Shown: positions 28,858 to 38,915 of the stretch, in pieces
Layout of the letters: each line of letters opens with the position of its first letter
Numbering within the stretch: the stretch's first letter is position 1
DNA from: Rhodoluna sp.
GTDB taxonomy: Bacteria > Actinomycetota > Actinomycetes > Actinomycetales > Microbacteriaceae
DNA: 64,000 bases
Assembly: GCA_044338175.1 (NCBI GenBank)
Contig: JBIIME010000001.1
Location: 34,738 to 98,737 of the forward strand
Reading direction: 5' to 3'
Made by a program: the position numbers and the translations under genes
Notes under the pieces: generated by a model
Database searches by the model: none
What the model was told of the DNA's origin: nothing
What the model saw: only the letters and a program-made list of their open reading frames with translations

Positions 28858-31299
28858 CTATGCATAGTAAGAGTAGGCAACGATCCCACGTCTTACCTTG
28901 TCGATTGCATCCTTGGCGTTTGCTGAAAGTGGCTCGGTTCCAGCACGAGAAATTTGCTCAAGCAAGTCAATGATTTGCTTGCACCACCTAATGAAATCCC
29001 CCGGCAGCAAATCGGCGGAGTCCAAGACTAGATCCAACTTGGCACCTGTTGCCCAGCGGTAAATCGGGTAGCAAAGATCGAGCTCAATCTTTGAAGACCG
29101 TGGCAATTTATGTATTTTGGAAAGGAATTCAAGCTCTTCCCAAAGCTCCTGCGTTTGTTCGATGACGGATTGGAAATTTCCTTTTGGTACCCGAGGCTCA
29201 AACCCCTCATCATCTCTTCTGGGCTCATAGACCAAGGCCGCGGCCATGGCTGCTAGACCAGCGGCATCAAGCCTGTCCCAGGTCTTGTTTCGGATTGCTT
29301 CTGAGACCAAAAGATCTCTCTCGCCGTAAATTCGTGCCAGCATCCGACCAGAGTCAGTAACTGCGAGATCTTGATCTTTGGCATCCAAGTAATCAAGTTC
29401 TATAAGGAGCTCGCAGATCTTGTCAAACGTCGACGCCACTTGATTAGTGCGGCCTTCGATTTGGTCGATGGTTGCTTTGGTTTCACGTTGCATTTTCCAC
29501 CAACGCTCTGCCCATCTTGCGTGAGCCTCGCGATCCTTGCAGGAATGGCAGGGGTGTGTTTTCATGCGAACCTTTAGCTCGGCTAACTTTCTCTCGAGAT
29601 CGTGTCTGCCCTTGGTTTGCCTGATGTCTTTTCCTCGCTCAGCCCGAGTATTACCTACCGCAAGTACCTTTTCGATGTCAGTTAGCTCTCGCCGAATAGA
29701 AGAGTAGTGAAAGAAATCTCCAAGATGACATTCCATAGATTTTGCGTAGCCATCAAGCGATATCTGCTTGTCACGGATACCTCTTGCCATTCCAACAACC
29801 GATCTGTCGGCTTGAAATTGGGCAAAGGAGGTTTCCAGCACCTGACGCGCTCTGGAGCGACCAAAGGCATCAATTAGATTCACGGCCATGTTTGCTGTTG
29901 GTTTGAAGGGACTCACCAGTGGGTAGCTTCGCCTGCTGGCAAGCCCCGCAACGCTTGCTGGATCAAGGTTTCCCGACCATTGAATAACTGAGTGCCCAAG
30001 TGTGTCGATGCCTCGCCTTCCAGCTCGCCCGGTTAGTTGCGTGTATTCACCTGGAGTAATTTGCACGCGTGACTCTCCATTGAACTTGTCTAGCCTCTCC
30101 AGCACTACAGTTCTTGCTGGCATGTTGATTCCTAGAGCCAGTGTTTCGGTTGCGAACACTACCTTGACAAGTTTTTTCAGAAAAAGTTCCTCAACTACTT
30201 CCTTGAAAGCTGGAAGCATTCCAGCGTGATGAGCCGCGATTCCCCTCTCCAAGCCACTAAGCCAATCAAAGTACCCGAGGGTGTCCAGATCCTCCTCGGC
30301 GATAGAAGAGCACTTGCGTTCCACAATCTCTCTAATCTCATCTTGCTGCTCACGACTCGTTAGGCGAACGCCTCGCTGAAGGCAGGATCTCACAGCGGTG
30401 TCGCATCCTACTCGCGAAAAGATGAAGAAGATTGCTGGAAGTAGATCGTTGTCATCGAGGATCTCAACTACTTCTGGCTTCGAGACCTTAGGTATTCGTG
30501 AGAGACCTCTGTCATATAGATTGTTTGATTTCTTACCTTTATTGATCTTGCCTATTGGCACTCGAAGCTTTGCGGAATGCCTGCGGACTAGCTCCGCGCT
30601 TACTCTTTGCCCCTTGGTCCCAGGTTCGAACAGTTCCAGTAACTCATCACCGAACAACACGTGTTGATCTAAGGGAACTGGCCTCACCTCCGAAACAACA
30701 ATTGCCGTGTCTCCGCGGACCTCGTCTAGCCAGGCGCCGAACTCTTCCGCATTTGAGACGGTAGCGCTTAGAGAAACTAGAACAACGTCTTTAGGCAAGT
30801 GAAGGATCACCTCTTCCCATACCGCTCCCCTAAAGCGGTCGGCTAGGTAGTGCACTTCGTCCATCACCACGTATCCCAGGTCGATAAGTGATTCCGAGTT
30901 GGCATAAATCATGTTTCTAAGAACCTCTGTTGTCATGACAACAATTTGCGCTTCTGAATTATTGTTTATGTCGCCGGTTAATAAACCAACGCAATCTGCG
31001 CCGTAACGTGTTACTAGTTCCGAATATTTCTGATTACTCAGTGCCTTGATTGGTGTGGTGTAAAAGACCTTTTGGTTTCTCTCGATTGCTAGGTGAATAG
31101 CAAATTCTCCGACAACCGTTTTCCCAGCACCGGTTGGCGCAGCAACTAGAACCCCCTTGCCCAGCGCCAGCGCCTCACATGCCTGCTCCTGGAAGGGGTC
31201 GAGTTGAAAATCTAGAAGTTCTAAAAAGGAGTCAAAGCTTGGACTTGCCCTCTTTGACTTTGCACGCTGAAATCGCTCGGACGCGGAAAGATTTTCCAT
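28858..31299 (-). CDS. helY: Ski2-like DEAD/DEAH RNA helicase HelY
   Basis: APTGAGKT, PIKALSNQK, DEVH, HHAGMLP, GRAGRRG, C-terminal GDFIRW; downstream of tatC. Confidence 0.92.
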   Translation of the reverse strand: MENLSASERFQRAKSKRASPSFDSFLELLDFQLDPFQEQACEALALGKGVLVAAPTGAGKTVVGEFAIHLAIERNQKVFYTTPIKALSNQKYSELVTRYGADCVGLLTGDINNNSEAQIVVMTTEVLRNMIYANSESLIDLGYVVMDEVHYLADRFRGAVWEEVILHLPKDVVLVSLSATVSNAEEFGAWLDEVRGDTAIVVSEVRPVPLDQHVLFGDELLELFEPGTKGQRVSAELVRRHSAKLRVPIGKINKGKKSNNLYDRGLSRIPKVSKPEVVEILDDNDLLPAIFFIFSRVGCDTAVRSCLQRGVRLTSREQQDEIREIVERKCSSIAEEDLDTLGYFDWLSGLERGIAAHHAGMLPAFKEVVEELFLKKLVKVVFATETLALGINMPARTVVLERLDKFNGESRVQITPGEYTQLTGRAGRRGIDTLGHSVIQWSGNLDPASVAGLASRRSYPLVSPFKPTANMAVNLIDAFGRSRARQVLETSFAQFQADRSVVGMARGIRDKQISLDGYAKSMECHLGDFFHYSSIRRELTDIEKVLAVGNTRAERGKDIRQTKGRHDLERKLAELKVRMKTHPCHSCKDREAHARWAERWWKMQRETKATIDQIEGRTNQVASTFDKICELLIELDYLDAKDQDLAVTDSGRMLARIYGERDLLVSEAIRNKTWDRLDAAGLAAMAAALVYEPRRDDEGFEPRVPKGNFQSVIEQTQELWEELEFLSKIHKLPRSSKIELDLCYPIYRWATGAKLDLVLDSADLLPGDFIRWCKQIIDLLEQISRAGTEPLSANAKDAIDKVRRGIVAYSYYA

Positions 31300-31304
31300 G
31301 CTCG

Positions 31305-32102
31305 TTAGTCGGTTGCTAGCGGGGTCTCGAGCTCAAGATCTATCAGGGCTGACTTTCGTGCCAGTCGCTTGTCATGCAAGGTGGCAATTCCAGCGGCTAC
31401 TAAATACAGCAGTAGAAGGGGCACCATGAGCAAAAACATTGACATTGGTTCGGCAGCTGGAGTGGCGATCGCACCAACTACTGCTGAGACAAATATTGCC
31501 ATGCGCCAGGACTTGAGAATATTCTGTGCCGTTATCACCCCGGCAAAATTCAACAGAACAAGTACCACCGGCATGACAAAGGCGATTCCAAAAACCAAAA
31601 GAATACGAATTGTAAACAGTATGTATTCGCTTGCATTTATAACGTTCGCGCTACCTTCGGGGGTAAATCCAACTAGCACCCGAACGAAGGTCGCTAAGGA
31701 AGTCCAGGCGAGGAATGTGCCAGCCAAGAACAGGGGTACTGCGGAGACAACAAACCAGATTGTGTACTTGCGTTCCTTTTTCTTCAAGCCAGGAGTAATA
31801 AAAGACCAGATGTTGAAAAGCCAAACTGGAGAGCTTATCATCAGGCCTAAGAAAATAGAGACCTGGATTCGAACATCGAATGCAGAGACAACGGTTGGAA
31901 AGTTGATAGTCGCGTTGGACCCTTCGTTATTTGCTAATTCCAAAATTGGTCGCTGCAATTCAAAAAACACAGCGTCAAACATGAACCAGCCCAACACTGA
32001 GCCTGCAACAATGAATAATGACGACCAAAAGAGTCGATTGCGAAGCTCTTTCAGGTGACCCGAAAGGCTCATCTTGCCTTCGGGGTTTTGCTTCCTGGCC
32101 AC
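31305..32102 (-). CDS. tatC: Twin-arginine translocase TatC
   Basis: MSLSGHLKELRNRL, FITPGLKKKE, FGIAF..P, ATP motifs. Confidence 0.95.
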   Translation of the reverse strand: MARKQNPEGKMSLSGHLKELRNRLFWSSLFIVAGSVLGWFMFDAVFFELQRPILELANNEGSNATINFPTVVSAFDVRIQVSIFLGLMISSPVWLFNIWSFITPGLKKKERKYTIWFVVSAVPLFLAGTFLAWTSLATFVRVLVGFTPEGSANVINASEYILFTIRILLVFGIAFVMPVVLVLLNFAGVITAQNILKSWRMAIFVSAVVGAIATPAAEPMSMFLLMVPLLLLYLVAAGIATLHDKRLARKSALIDLELETPLATD

Positions 32103-32297
32103 TTAGTTCTTAGGGTTGTTCTCACCCTCAACAGGCAAATCAGCCTGCTTGGTGTCGTCTGTTGACTTGATTTCCTTTCGGAATACTCTCATCGACTGCG
32201 CTAGTGACTTCGCAAGACCCGGAAGCTTTGGTCCACCCCATAGCAGCAAGACAATAGCCAAAATAATTAGCAATTCCGTTGTGGTTGGTGGTCTCAT
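32103..32297 (-). CDS. tatA: Twin-arginine translocase TatA
   Basis: ELLIILAIVLLLWGGPKLPGLAKSLAQSMRVFRKE: TM plus amphipathic helix, upstream of tatC. Confidence 0.9.
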   Translation of the reverse strand: MRPPTTTELLIILAIVLLLWGGPKLPGLAKSLAQSMRVFRKEIKSTDDTKQADLPVEGENNPKN

Positions 32298-32357
32298 TCC
32301 GGTTCCTATTCGCTCAAGTTCCTATGTAACAAGAATACGCTCTCAAGCTCTCTTTCG

Positions 32358-32594
32358 TTAGCCTTTGGGCTTCCGAGGCTTCTTGACTGGCGATTCTTCA
32401 GCCCTAGCTAGCTCTGCATAGAACTTAACGGCTTCTGGGTATTGCTCGGCATCTTTTCTGAACCTGACCAAATGGTCGGCAAATGGCTTGAGCTTCTTCG
32501 CAAGTATGACCCCCCTCGAGACCAGCCATGTAAGCAGCACAATCAGAACGAGAAGTCCTGCACCTATTGCTGATAACCATATCCAAAGTTCCAT
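32358..32594 (-). CDS. Small hypothetical protein with N-terminal TM segment
   Basis: 78-aa ORF filling the pafC-tatA gap, with GGAG RBS, one TM helix and a basic tail. Confidence 0.7.
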   Translation of the reverse strand: MELWIWLSAIGAGLLVLIVLLTWLVSRGVILAKKLKPFADHLVRFRKDAEQYPEAVKFYAELARAEESPVKKPRKPKG

Positions 32595-32599
32595 TTGGC

Positions 32600-33571
32600 T
32601 TACTCCACGTTCTCATTGGAAGTACTTGCCCCAAGGGCACGATTTGCGTATTCATAAACCACTCTACGGGCCTGCTCCGGTGCGATAACTCGAACGTGAC
32701 CCGAATACTTCGAAACCACTCTCCCAAGTGTCGAAACATCTCCAATTTGTATTGATACCCTCAGTGTCTTGTCCCCCACGGCGGGATATTCAGGCTTGTA
32801 ATCAGCAAGCATTCCAAATCCATCGGGATCGATGTCGAAAACTACATCAGTGTCATTTGCGCTAGCAGTATAAATTCCTGAAGACTCTGCTTCTGGATAT
32901 TTGGCTCGTATAAGTGGCTCGTTAGCCAACACAACCTCTCTCATTCTGTCAAGCCGAAATACTCTTACTTGATGTTTTGTCCGACAGTATCCCCTGAGAT
33001 ACCAAATTGAATCATTGGACTCGAGGGCGATCGGTTCAATTTCTCGCGTTGATGTTTGGTTTGCGGCATTGATGTAAGAACAGCTGATTAATCTTCCCTC
33101 ACTTATTGCTTGCCTGGAAAGAGACACTTCCAAATCAACTCGAGAAGGATGCACCTTGAAGGGCAAATCGCTGGTGCCTCTTCCTCCATCTGAAAGAAGC
33201 TTTAGCAGCCTTGCAATCTCAGCTTTATCTAAATCGTCCACAATTGATTCCAGATATGAAAGCCCACTTGCAATGGCAGCGGCCTGTCTGGTCGAAAGCC
33301 TTGGAACTGATTCCAAAGTTGGCGCAAAGCTAACGTCTACTATTCCTTCGTCTAATAGGTCGTAGTCAAGAAAAAAGAGTTCGTCAGGTCGATACATCCC
33401 CACCCCAGATAACGAAATTGTCACTGCCGCATCGTAAATCTCTTGTTCGGAAACATCGAAATGCTTTGCAACATCAGAGATTTTCTGCTGTCTGTTTTGA
33501 ATAAGGTAACCGGTTAGCGCAAGCATAAAGTTGTATCGCTCCGTTCCGGTGATCTTTAGGCTCTTAGGCAT
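32600..33571 (-). CDS. pafC: WYL-domain transcriptional regulator PafC
   Basis: N-terminal HTH, REIEP...WYLRGYC...RVFRLDRM WYL motif, WCX-like C-terminus; ATG 33571 overlaps the pafB end. Confidence 0.85.
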   Translation of the reverse strand: MPKSLKITGTERYNFMLALTGYLIQNRQQKISDVAKHFDVSEQEIYDAAVTISLSGVGMYRPDELFFLDYDLLDEGIVDVSFAPTLESVPRLSTRQAAAIASGLSYLESIVDDLDKAEIARLLKLLSDGGRGTSDLPFKVHPSRVDLEVSLSRQAISEGRLISCSYINAANQTSTREIEPIALESNDSIWYLRGYCRTKHQVRVFRLDRMREVVLANEPLIRAKYPEAESSGIYTASANDTDVVFDIDPDGFGMLADYKPEYPAVGDKTLRVSIQIGDVSTLGRVVSKYSGHVRVIAPEQARRVVYEYANRALGASTSNENVE

Positions 33572-34532
33572 GCGAATTCCTGACTGCTTCAAGATTGTTC
33601 CTCATGAGATCTGCCAGTTCAGGAGGAGCCAGAACCTCGACATGATCAACAAACTCCATAAGCTCTTCGGCCAGCAAGTGAATGTCCATAAATGAGACCT
33701 CAAGCAAATCCTGGTCCGGCTTTAGATCGAAGTGGAACCATGCAGCGCTTTTAGCAGGAACTCGAATCGTGGCTTTTGACGAGCTACGATGCTTATCTAG
33801 CTCAGCGATAGCTGCCTTCACCTCAGCTTTGGCGGGTGGGTCAAATGTAAAGTCTTGGATGTCAACCTCGGAGCAGATGCGTCTAAGCAGATAGTTGCGA
33901 GGCTCCCCCCTGTCTAAGTCGAACCCTAGGAGAAGCCACTGACCAGATATGTTCTGAATAATCCACGGTTCAACATTTCTAGCTTCAGAGATTGCTTGAT
34001 CAGGTTTGCGGTAATCGAAAGAAACCCTCGAAGAAGTTTCAATCGCTGTTGAAAGTGGAAGAAACGAGGGTTCGTGGGTTCGAATGCGAGGTGCAATACC
34101 AATAAGGCTTGTTGCATCTGCCGGCTCTCCCATTGCCCGAATCCGCATGATCGCATTGTTGGCATCTCTGGAAAGCGAGGCTTTGGCCCAGACTTGCGCG
34201 GCAAGATTCATCAATGCCACCTGCTTTGCACTTAGCGTGGTGCCGGCAGGCCAGACGAAGTCCTCATTTGCTATCAGGTATCTGTATTCCTGATTGTCAT
34301 CCATATCTTCGGGCGGTATAAAAGATCGCCACGCCACACCAACATTGGTAAGCAGAACCTTGTCACGTTCAAATAATCGACTAAGTGACTCGTTGTCACC
34401 ACCTTGAATGTAACGCTCTTTGTATCCTTGAACATTCGCGAAGATCTCGGCTTTGGTTAGCCCCCGATTTGAAACCAACAGAGCGCAGGTGAGATTGAAT
34501 AAGCGCTCTGAGAGGTCTATCTTTGCTGGCAT
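33564..34532 (-). CDS. pafB: WYL-domain transcriptional regulator PafB
   Basis: ERLFNLTCALL, RLFERDK, RNVEPW...WLLLGFDLDR.EPRNYLLRRI, VLAPPEL. Confidence 0.88.
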   Translation of the reverse strand: MPAKIDLSERLFNLTCALLVSNRGLTKAEIFANVQGYKERYIQGGDNESLSRLFERDKVLLTNVGVAWRSFIPPEDMDDNQEYRYLIANEDFVWPAGTTLSAKQVALMNLAAQVWAKASLSRDANNAIMRIRAMGEPADATSLIGIAPRIRTHEPSFLPLSTAIETSSRVSFDYRKPDQAISEARNVEPWIIQNISGQWLLLGFDLDRGEPRNYLLRRICSEVDIQDFTFDPPAKAEVKAAIAELDKHRSSSKATIRVPAKSAAWFHFDLKPDQDLLEVSFMDIHLLAEELMEFVDHVEVLAPPELADLMRNNLEAVRNSHA

Positions 34533-34535
34533 CAG

Positions 34536-35480
34536 CTACTGGCTACTTGTTCCTAGAATGTCGATAACGAAAACTAGGGTGGAGTTAGCAGGGATTGTTT
34601 CACTCGCCTGTGCGCCGTAACCCAACGCGGGTGGAATCACGACCAAAACCCTCGATCCAACTTGTTGGCCTACCACAGCACTCAAGAAGCCATCTATCAA
34701 CTGGCCCTGAGCAACTACAAACTGAGCCGGTGTGCCCCTATCCCAGCTCGAGTCGAACTTGGTTCCATCAGACCATAAGAAACCGCTGTAGTGCATGGTG
34801 ACGTTGTCACCTGACTTTACGGTTTCTCCCGCTCCTTTGATTAGCTGGGCGATCCGTAAGTCTGCAGGAGCTTGGGTGTTGGGGATTGTGATCCCCGGGA
34901 TCCCTTCGGGAGTTGTAACAACCGCTGGCAAGCCCGCCTCGGGTGACACCGCGGACCCTTCCGCCTTCTCAAGGTAAACCCTGGATAAGTCAAAGATAAA
35001 CACAAAGGAATCATTTGGTCCAATGCCAAGGCTCTCAACACCTCTGCCGTCGTGGGCGTCTTTGGGTGGGAAGATCGCAACCACTCTGGAGCCTTCTTTA
35101 GCTCCCACTAGCGCGGAGCAAAAGTTTGGAACTGATTCAGGACCGAAAAAACCAGGAGACGGATTCCTTCCATCAAAATCGGTTTCCTGGAGTAGCTCGC
35201 CAGTTGCACCGTTGTAGCCAGCGAATTCGAACTCGATCATGTTTCGACCCGTAAAGACATTTCCTTCACCTTCGAAAACGATTCTTGACTGAATAGAATC
35301 TGCTGAGATTGGAGCGGCGAACGAAACCGTTGGCCTGGTTAGTTGCTCTGCAGAAACTTCGATTGATTCAACTTGATCTCCGCCCCCAGCAGAATCGCAA
35401 GCAAGAGTAACGCTCGAGCTGCATCCGGTCAGGGTTAGTGAAACAATAAGAGCCGTCAGGGCAATTGTGGTCTTTTGCAA
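34536..35480 (-). CDS. Lipoprotein FKBP-type peptidyl-prolyl isomerase (two FKBP-like domains)
   Basis: Lipobox LTLTGC; C-terminal domain HYSGFLWSDGTKFDSSW...VIPPALGYG...IPANSTLVFVIDIL. Confidence 0.9.
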   Translation of the reverse strand: MQKTTIALTALIVSLTLTGCSSSVTLACDSAGGGDQVESIEVSAEQLTRPTVSFAAPISADSIQSRIVFEGEGNVFTGRNMIEFEFAGYNGATGELLQETDFDGRNPSPGFFGPESVPNFCSALVGAKEGSRVVAIFPPKDAHDGRGVESLGIGPNDSFVFIFDLSRVYLEKAEGSAVSPEAGLPAVVTTPEGIPGITIPNTQAPADLRIAQLIKGAGETVKSGDNVTMHYSGFLWSDGTKFDSSWDRGTPAQFVVAQGQLIDGFLSAVVGQQVGSRVLVVIPPALGYGAQASETIPANSTLVFVIDILGTSSQ

Positions 35481-35551
35481 GAGAATCTTCTTTCGAGAGC
35501 TTTGGGCCTAAGTTTTCAAGTTTAGTCGTTAGGCCTTGGCTCAGCGAGGGG

Positions 35552-36502
35552 CTACGAAGTGGCTTTCCGAACAGTCTTTCTTAGCTTCTTTTCCGAAATC
35601 TTTCGTTCCCCTAAGCCCTCTGGGTTCCAAGCAAGGATGTCCTGATCCGAGTATTCAGTGGATTTCACCTTGTTCTTAAACTGAGGCAAGACCGCGCCTG
35701 GAGCTAACCTACGAGCTGTAATCAAGAATCCGGTGTGTCCAATCATTCGATGCTCGGGTCTAACAGCTAACCCTTGTAGGTGCCAAGGTCTAACTAACGA
35801 CTCAAAACCCTCGGGTTCAGTAAACATTGCTGTGGCTCGAATTCCTTCGGCCACTCTTGATAACTGCGTCACTGTCGCAACATAGACGATCACCAAACCT
35901 CCTGGCCTTAGCGCTGCGGCCACGGACTCAATGCATTCCCAAGGAGCAAGCATGTCAAGCACGACCCTGTCTACAGTTTGCGCCTTGAATACTTTAGGAA
36001 GTTCATCTTGCAAATCTCCCAGGTGAACATTCCAGTTCTTAGGCTTAGATCCGGTCTGACTCGTAACGTTGCCTTCGGCAATCTCCGCGAATTCGGCACG
36101 GCGCTCAAAAGAGTGAAGCTCACCTGAATCACCTACAGCTCTAAGCAGGTAAAGACTGAGCGCACCGGAGCCAACCCCAGCCTCAACCACAACCGCTCCT
36201 GGAAATATGTCACCAGAGACCAATATCTGCGCTGCATCCTTGGGGTAAATTATGGCTGCGCCTCGCGGCATCGATAGAACAAAGTCATTTAGCAGTGGCT
36301 TTAGAGCTAAGTACTCAACCCCGTTTTGATTTGCTACAACCGACCCATCTGGCAATCCGATTATGTCATCGTGCCGCAAGTCACCTCGATGAGTTCCAAA
36401 TGTTCCACCCCGCGATAGAACAATTGTGTTGATTCTTCCTTTGGGACCGGTTAGCTGAACTTTGTCTCCTGGAGCGAAGAGTCCAGATTGCTTAGGGCTC
36501 AC
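35552..36502 (-). CDS. trmI: tRNA (adenine58-N1)-methyltransferase
   Basis: MPRGAAIIYPKD, EAGVGSGALS, LDMLAPW, VRPEHRMIGHTGFL. Confidence 0.93.
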   Translation of the reverse strand: MSPKQSGLFAPGDKVQLTGPKGRINTIVLSRGGTFGTHRGDLRHDDIIGLPDGSVVANQNGVEYLALKPLLNDFVLSMPRGAAIIYPKDAAQILVSGDIFPGAVVVEAGVGSGALSLYLLRAVGDSGELHSFERRAEFAEIAEGNVTSQTGSKPKNWNVHLGDLQDELPKVFKAQTVDRVVLDMLAPWECIESVAAALRPGGLVIVYVATVTQLSRVAEGIRATAMFTEPEGFESLVRPWHLQGLAVRPEHRMIGHTGFLITARRLAPGAVLPQFKNKVKSTEYSDQDILAWNPEGLGERKISEKKLRKTVRKATS

Positions 36503-37158
36503 GAAAAAAGTGCTCGCAAGTCATCCATTTGAACGCCTTCCAGGGTTGGCCAGAGGATTCGATTCTGGGCTATAGGTATCTCTACGATGTGCGCAATACC
36601 AACAGCTTTTGTCCCAGCGGCCTCTGCAGCAGTTATTCCCGTCAGCGAATCTTCCAAGGCTACGCAGTGAGTTGGGTCAACTCCAAGCATTGATGCAGCC
36701 GTCAAGTACGACTCAGGGTGAGGTTTACCGTTGAGCACATCATCACCCCCGATGATCACGTCAAAAGCCTCAAAACCTATTTGCTCAGCTACCTTTTGAG
36801 CCATTCGGTGCATCGAACCTGTTACGAGTGCGGTTTTGACATTGTTATCTTTGAGTAACTTCAAAAGTTCCCGGGCCCCTGGACGCCATGGGATTGAGCG
36901 CTCCAGCTGTGATAACACGCCGTCGGTAATCTGATCGATGATCTGTTGTGGCTCCAAAGATGAGCCGACACGTTCCTTTAGAAGCTTTGATGATTCGTAC
37001 AGCGACATCCCAATCACCCCAAGGCCATCGTCGTGTCCCCAATTGCTATCGTGGGCTTCCGCGAAGGCGCTTTCGCTAGCTAGCCAGTAGGGTTCTGAGT
37101 CAATCAGTGTGCCATCCATGTCCCAGAGCACGGCAGCTGGAAACGAAGAAATATTCAT
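36499..37158 (-). CDS. HAD family phosphatase
   Basis: WDMDGTLIDSE, GKPHPESY, LEDSLTG. Confidence 0.9.
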   Translation of the reverse strand: MNISSFPAAVLWDMDGTLIDSEPYWLASESAFAEAHDSNWGHDDGLGVIGMSLYESSKLLKERVGSSLEPQQIIDQITDGVLSQLERSIPWRPGARELLKLLKDNNVKTALVTGSMHRMAQKVAEQIGFEAFDVIIGGDDVLNGKPHPESYLTAASMLGVDPTHCVALEDSLTGITAAEAAGTKAVGIAHIVEIPIAQNRILWPTLEGVQMDDLRALFS

Positions 37159-37236
37159 GATGCTTGAATTCTAGCCTCGCTATTTGGCCTTACAGTTAAA
37201 CAAGTAAAAATCTTCACGAGGGGCAGATTCAGCAGA

Positions 37237-38085
37237 TTGACAGTAGAAAGCGTGTTTCAAGGACGAGTGCTAATTTGCGCATTCGAGGGTTGGAACGATG
37301 CGGCAGAATCTGCTAGCGCGGCTGCAAACATAGTTAGTGAGTCACTTTCTTGTGAAGTGGTAGCCGAAGTCGATCCCGAGGATTACTACGACTTCCAATT
37401 CACCAGACCAACCGTGGCTCTGTCCGAAGATGGTCACCGGGAACTGACATGGCCAACAACCAGCCTGCTTGTATCTACTGAATCCGACCCGAAGCTTTCC
37501 AGGTTCAGTGTGCTGATTGGAACCGAGCCAGCAAGAAGGTGGAAGTCCTTCGTTGCCGAAGTTATCGAGATGATTGAAGATCGTGAGATAGAAACGGTCA
37601 TTTTCCTTGGTGGAATGCTCGCGGACACACCTCATACCCGGCCCATTGCTGTTACCGCCACCAGTCAAAACCTCGAAGTAAGAAAAATTGAAGGTGTCGA
37701 GAAAAGCAGTTATGAGGGTCCCGTCGGCATCGTTTCAACTTTAGGAATCGCATTGGAGGAAGCAGGTATTGCGACCATTGCCCTTTGGGCTGCAGTGCCG
37801 CACTACGTTCACACTTCACCATCGCCAAAGGCAACACTTGCTCTGGTAGCAGAGCTAGAGAGATTACTTGGGGTGAGCTTCAGCCATGGAGACTTGGCCG
37901 ATCAGGCATTTGCTTGGGAGCGCGGAATCGATGAGATTGCAGAAAATGACGAAGAGATGGCTGGTTACATCGAGCAACTTGAAGCAAGCCGTGATGAGGT
38001 TGATTCCGAAGCTGCCTCCGGTGAAGCAATCGCTAGAGAGCTAGAAAAGTTCCTAGAGTCTGAGCAGCGCCCCCCAGAAGCTTAG
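37237..38085 (+). CDS. PAC2 family (proteasome assembly chaperone-like) protein
   Basis: AFEGWNDA, YYDFQFTRP, LADTPHTRP, YEGPVGI, WAAVPHY, PKAT. Confidence 0.88.
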   Translation: MTVESVFQGRVLICAFEGWNDAAESASAAANIVSESLSCEVVAEVDPEDYYDFQFTRPTVALSEDGHRELTWPTTSLLVSTESDPKLSRFSVLIGTEPARRWKSFVAEVIEMIEDREIETVIFLGGMLADTPHTRPIAVTATSQNLEVRKIEGVEKSSYEGPVGIVSTLGIALEEAGIATIALWAAVPHYVHTSPSPKATLALVAELERLLGVSFSHGDLADQAFAWERGIDEIAENDEEMAGYIEQLEASRDEVDSEAASGEAIARELEKFLESEQRPPEA

Positions 38086-38915
38086 GCAACTATTGAGCCG
38101 CTAAATAGCATCCAAAGTAACCAGAGCCCAACAATTACTCTCCACGCTACAAACGGTAAATACGATCCAGATTCAAGATACTTCAGCAGGTAATGAATAA
38201 CTGCAAGACCGACAAGACCCGAGACAAAGGTTGCCACAATCGTTGATAGCAACATCTCCTGGTTTAGATCGACGTAAGTGCTGATGAACAAGTACAACCC
38301 AGACGCTAGTACTGCTGGAATGGCTAACAGAAAGCTATACCTTGCAGCTGCCTGTCGGGTGTATCCAAGTAATAACCCAACCGTAATTGTTCCTCCCGAT
38401 CTGGAGACTCCAGGCACTAGAGCCAGCGCTTGTCCAAGCCCAAACAAGATGCCGTGCTTGTAGCTCAAATTCGCAATTGTCTTTCTCTTCTTGCCAAGCA
38501 GGTCAGCTACTCCTAGAAGTATTCCAAAACCAATTAACGTGAAAGCAATAACCCACAAGCTCCTTACGTCATTTTCTATGAAATCTCTAAAAGCGAGCCC
38601 GAGCAAAACAACTGGCAATGTTCCGATCACAATAAGCCAGCCAAGCTTTGCGTCAGCCGTCATGGTCGCTTTTGGTTTAGCAACCCAACCGAACCAAGCC
38701 GCAATGATTCGTCTAATGTCCTTTGCGAAGTATGCAACAACGGCAATCTCTGTTCCAAGCTGAATCGTTGCAATAAACGCAGTCAGCTCTGGCTTAGATA
38801 AATCCGATTGGCCCATTAGCTGTTGTGCGATTTGGACGTGTGCCGATGAGGAAATTGGGAGAAATTCTGTTAGACCCTGGACTAGTCCAAGTATGAGAGC
38901 TTCAATAAAACTCAA
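38082..38915 (-). CDS. uppP: Undecaprenyl-diphosphate phosphatase
   Basis: QGLTEFLPISSSAH, PGVSRSG, AARYSFLLAIP. Confidence 0.95.
   Translation of the reverse strand: MSFIEALILGLVQGLTEFLPISSSAHVQIAQQLMGQSDLSKPELTAFIATIQLGTEIAVVAYFAKDIRRIIAAWFGWVAKPKATMTADAKLGWLIVIGTLPVVLLGLAFRDFIENDVRSLWVIAFTLIGFGILLGVADLLGKKRKTIANLSYKHGILFGLGQALALVPGVSRSGGTITVGLLLGYTRQAAARYSFLLAIPAVLASGLYLFISTYVDLNQEMLLSTIVATFVSGLVGLAVIHYLLKYLESGSYLPFVAWRVIVGLWLLWMLFSGSIVA

Noticed and set aside
31369-32058. 229-aa plus-strand ORF
   Set aside because: Entirely antisense to tatC, with no recognisable motifs; a shadow ORF
32600-34532. WYL genes plus helicase as an anti-phage or CRISPR-associated system
   Set aside because: Sequence motifs and the tatAC-helY context identify them as housekeeping pafBC; no nuclease, cas gene or repeat array nearby
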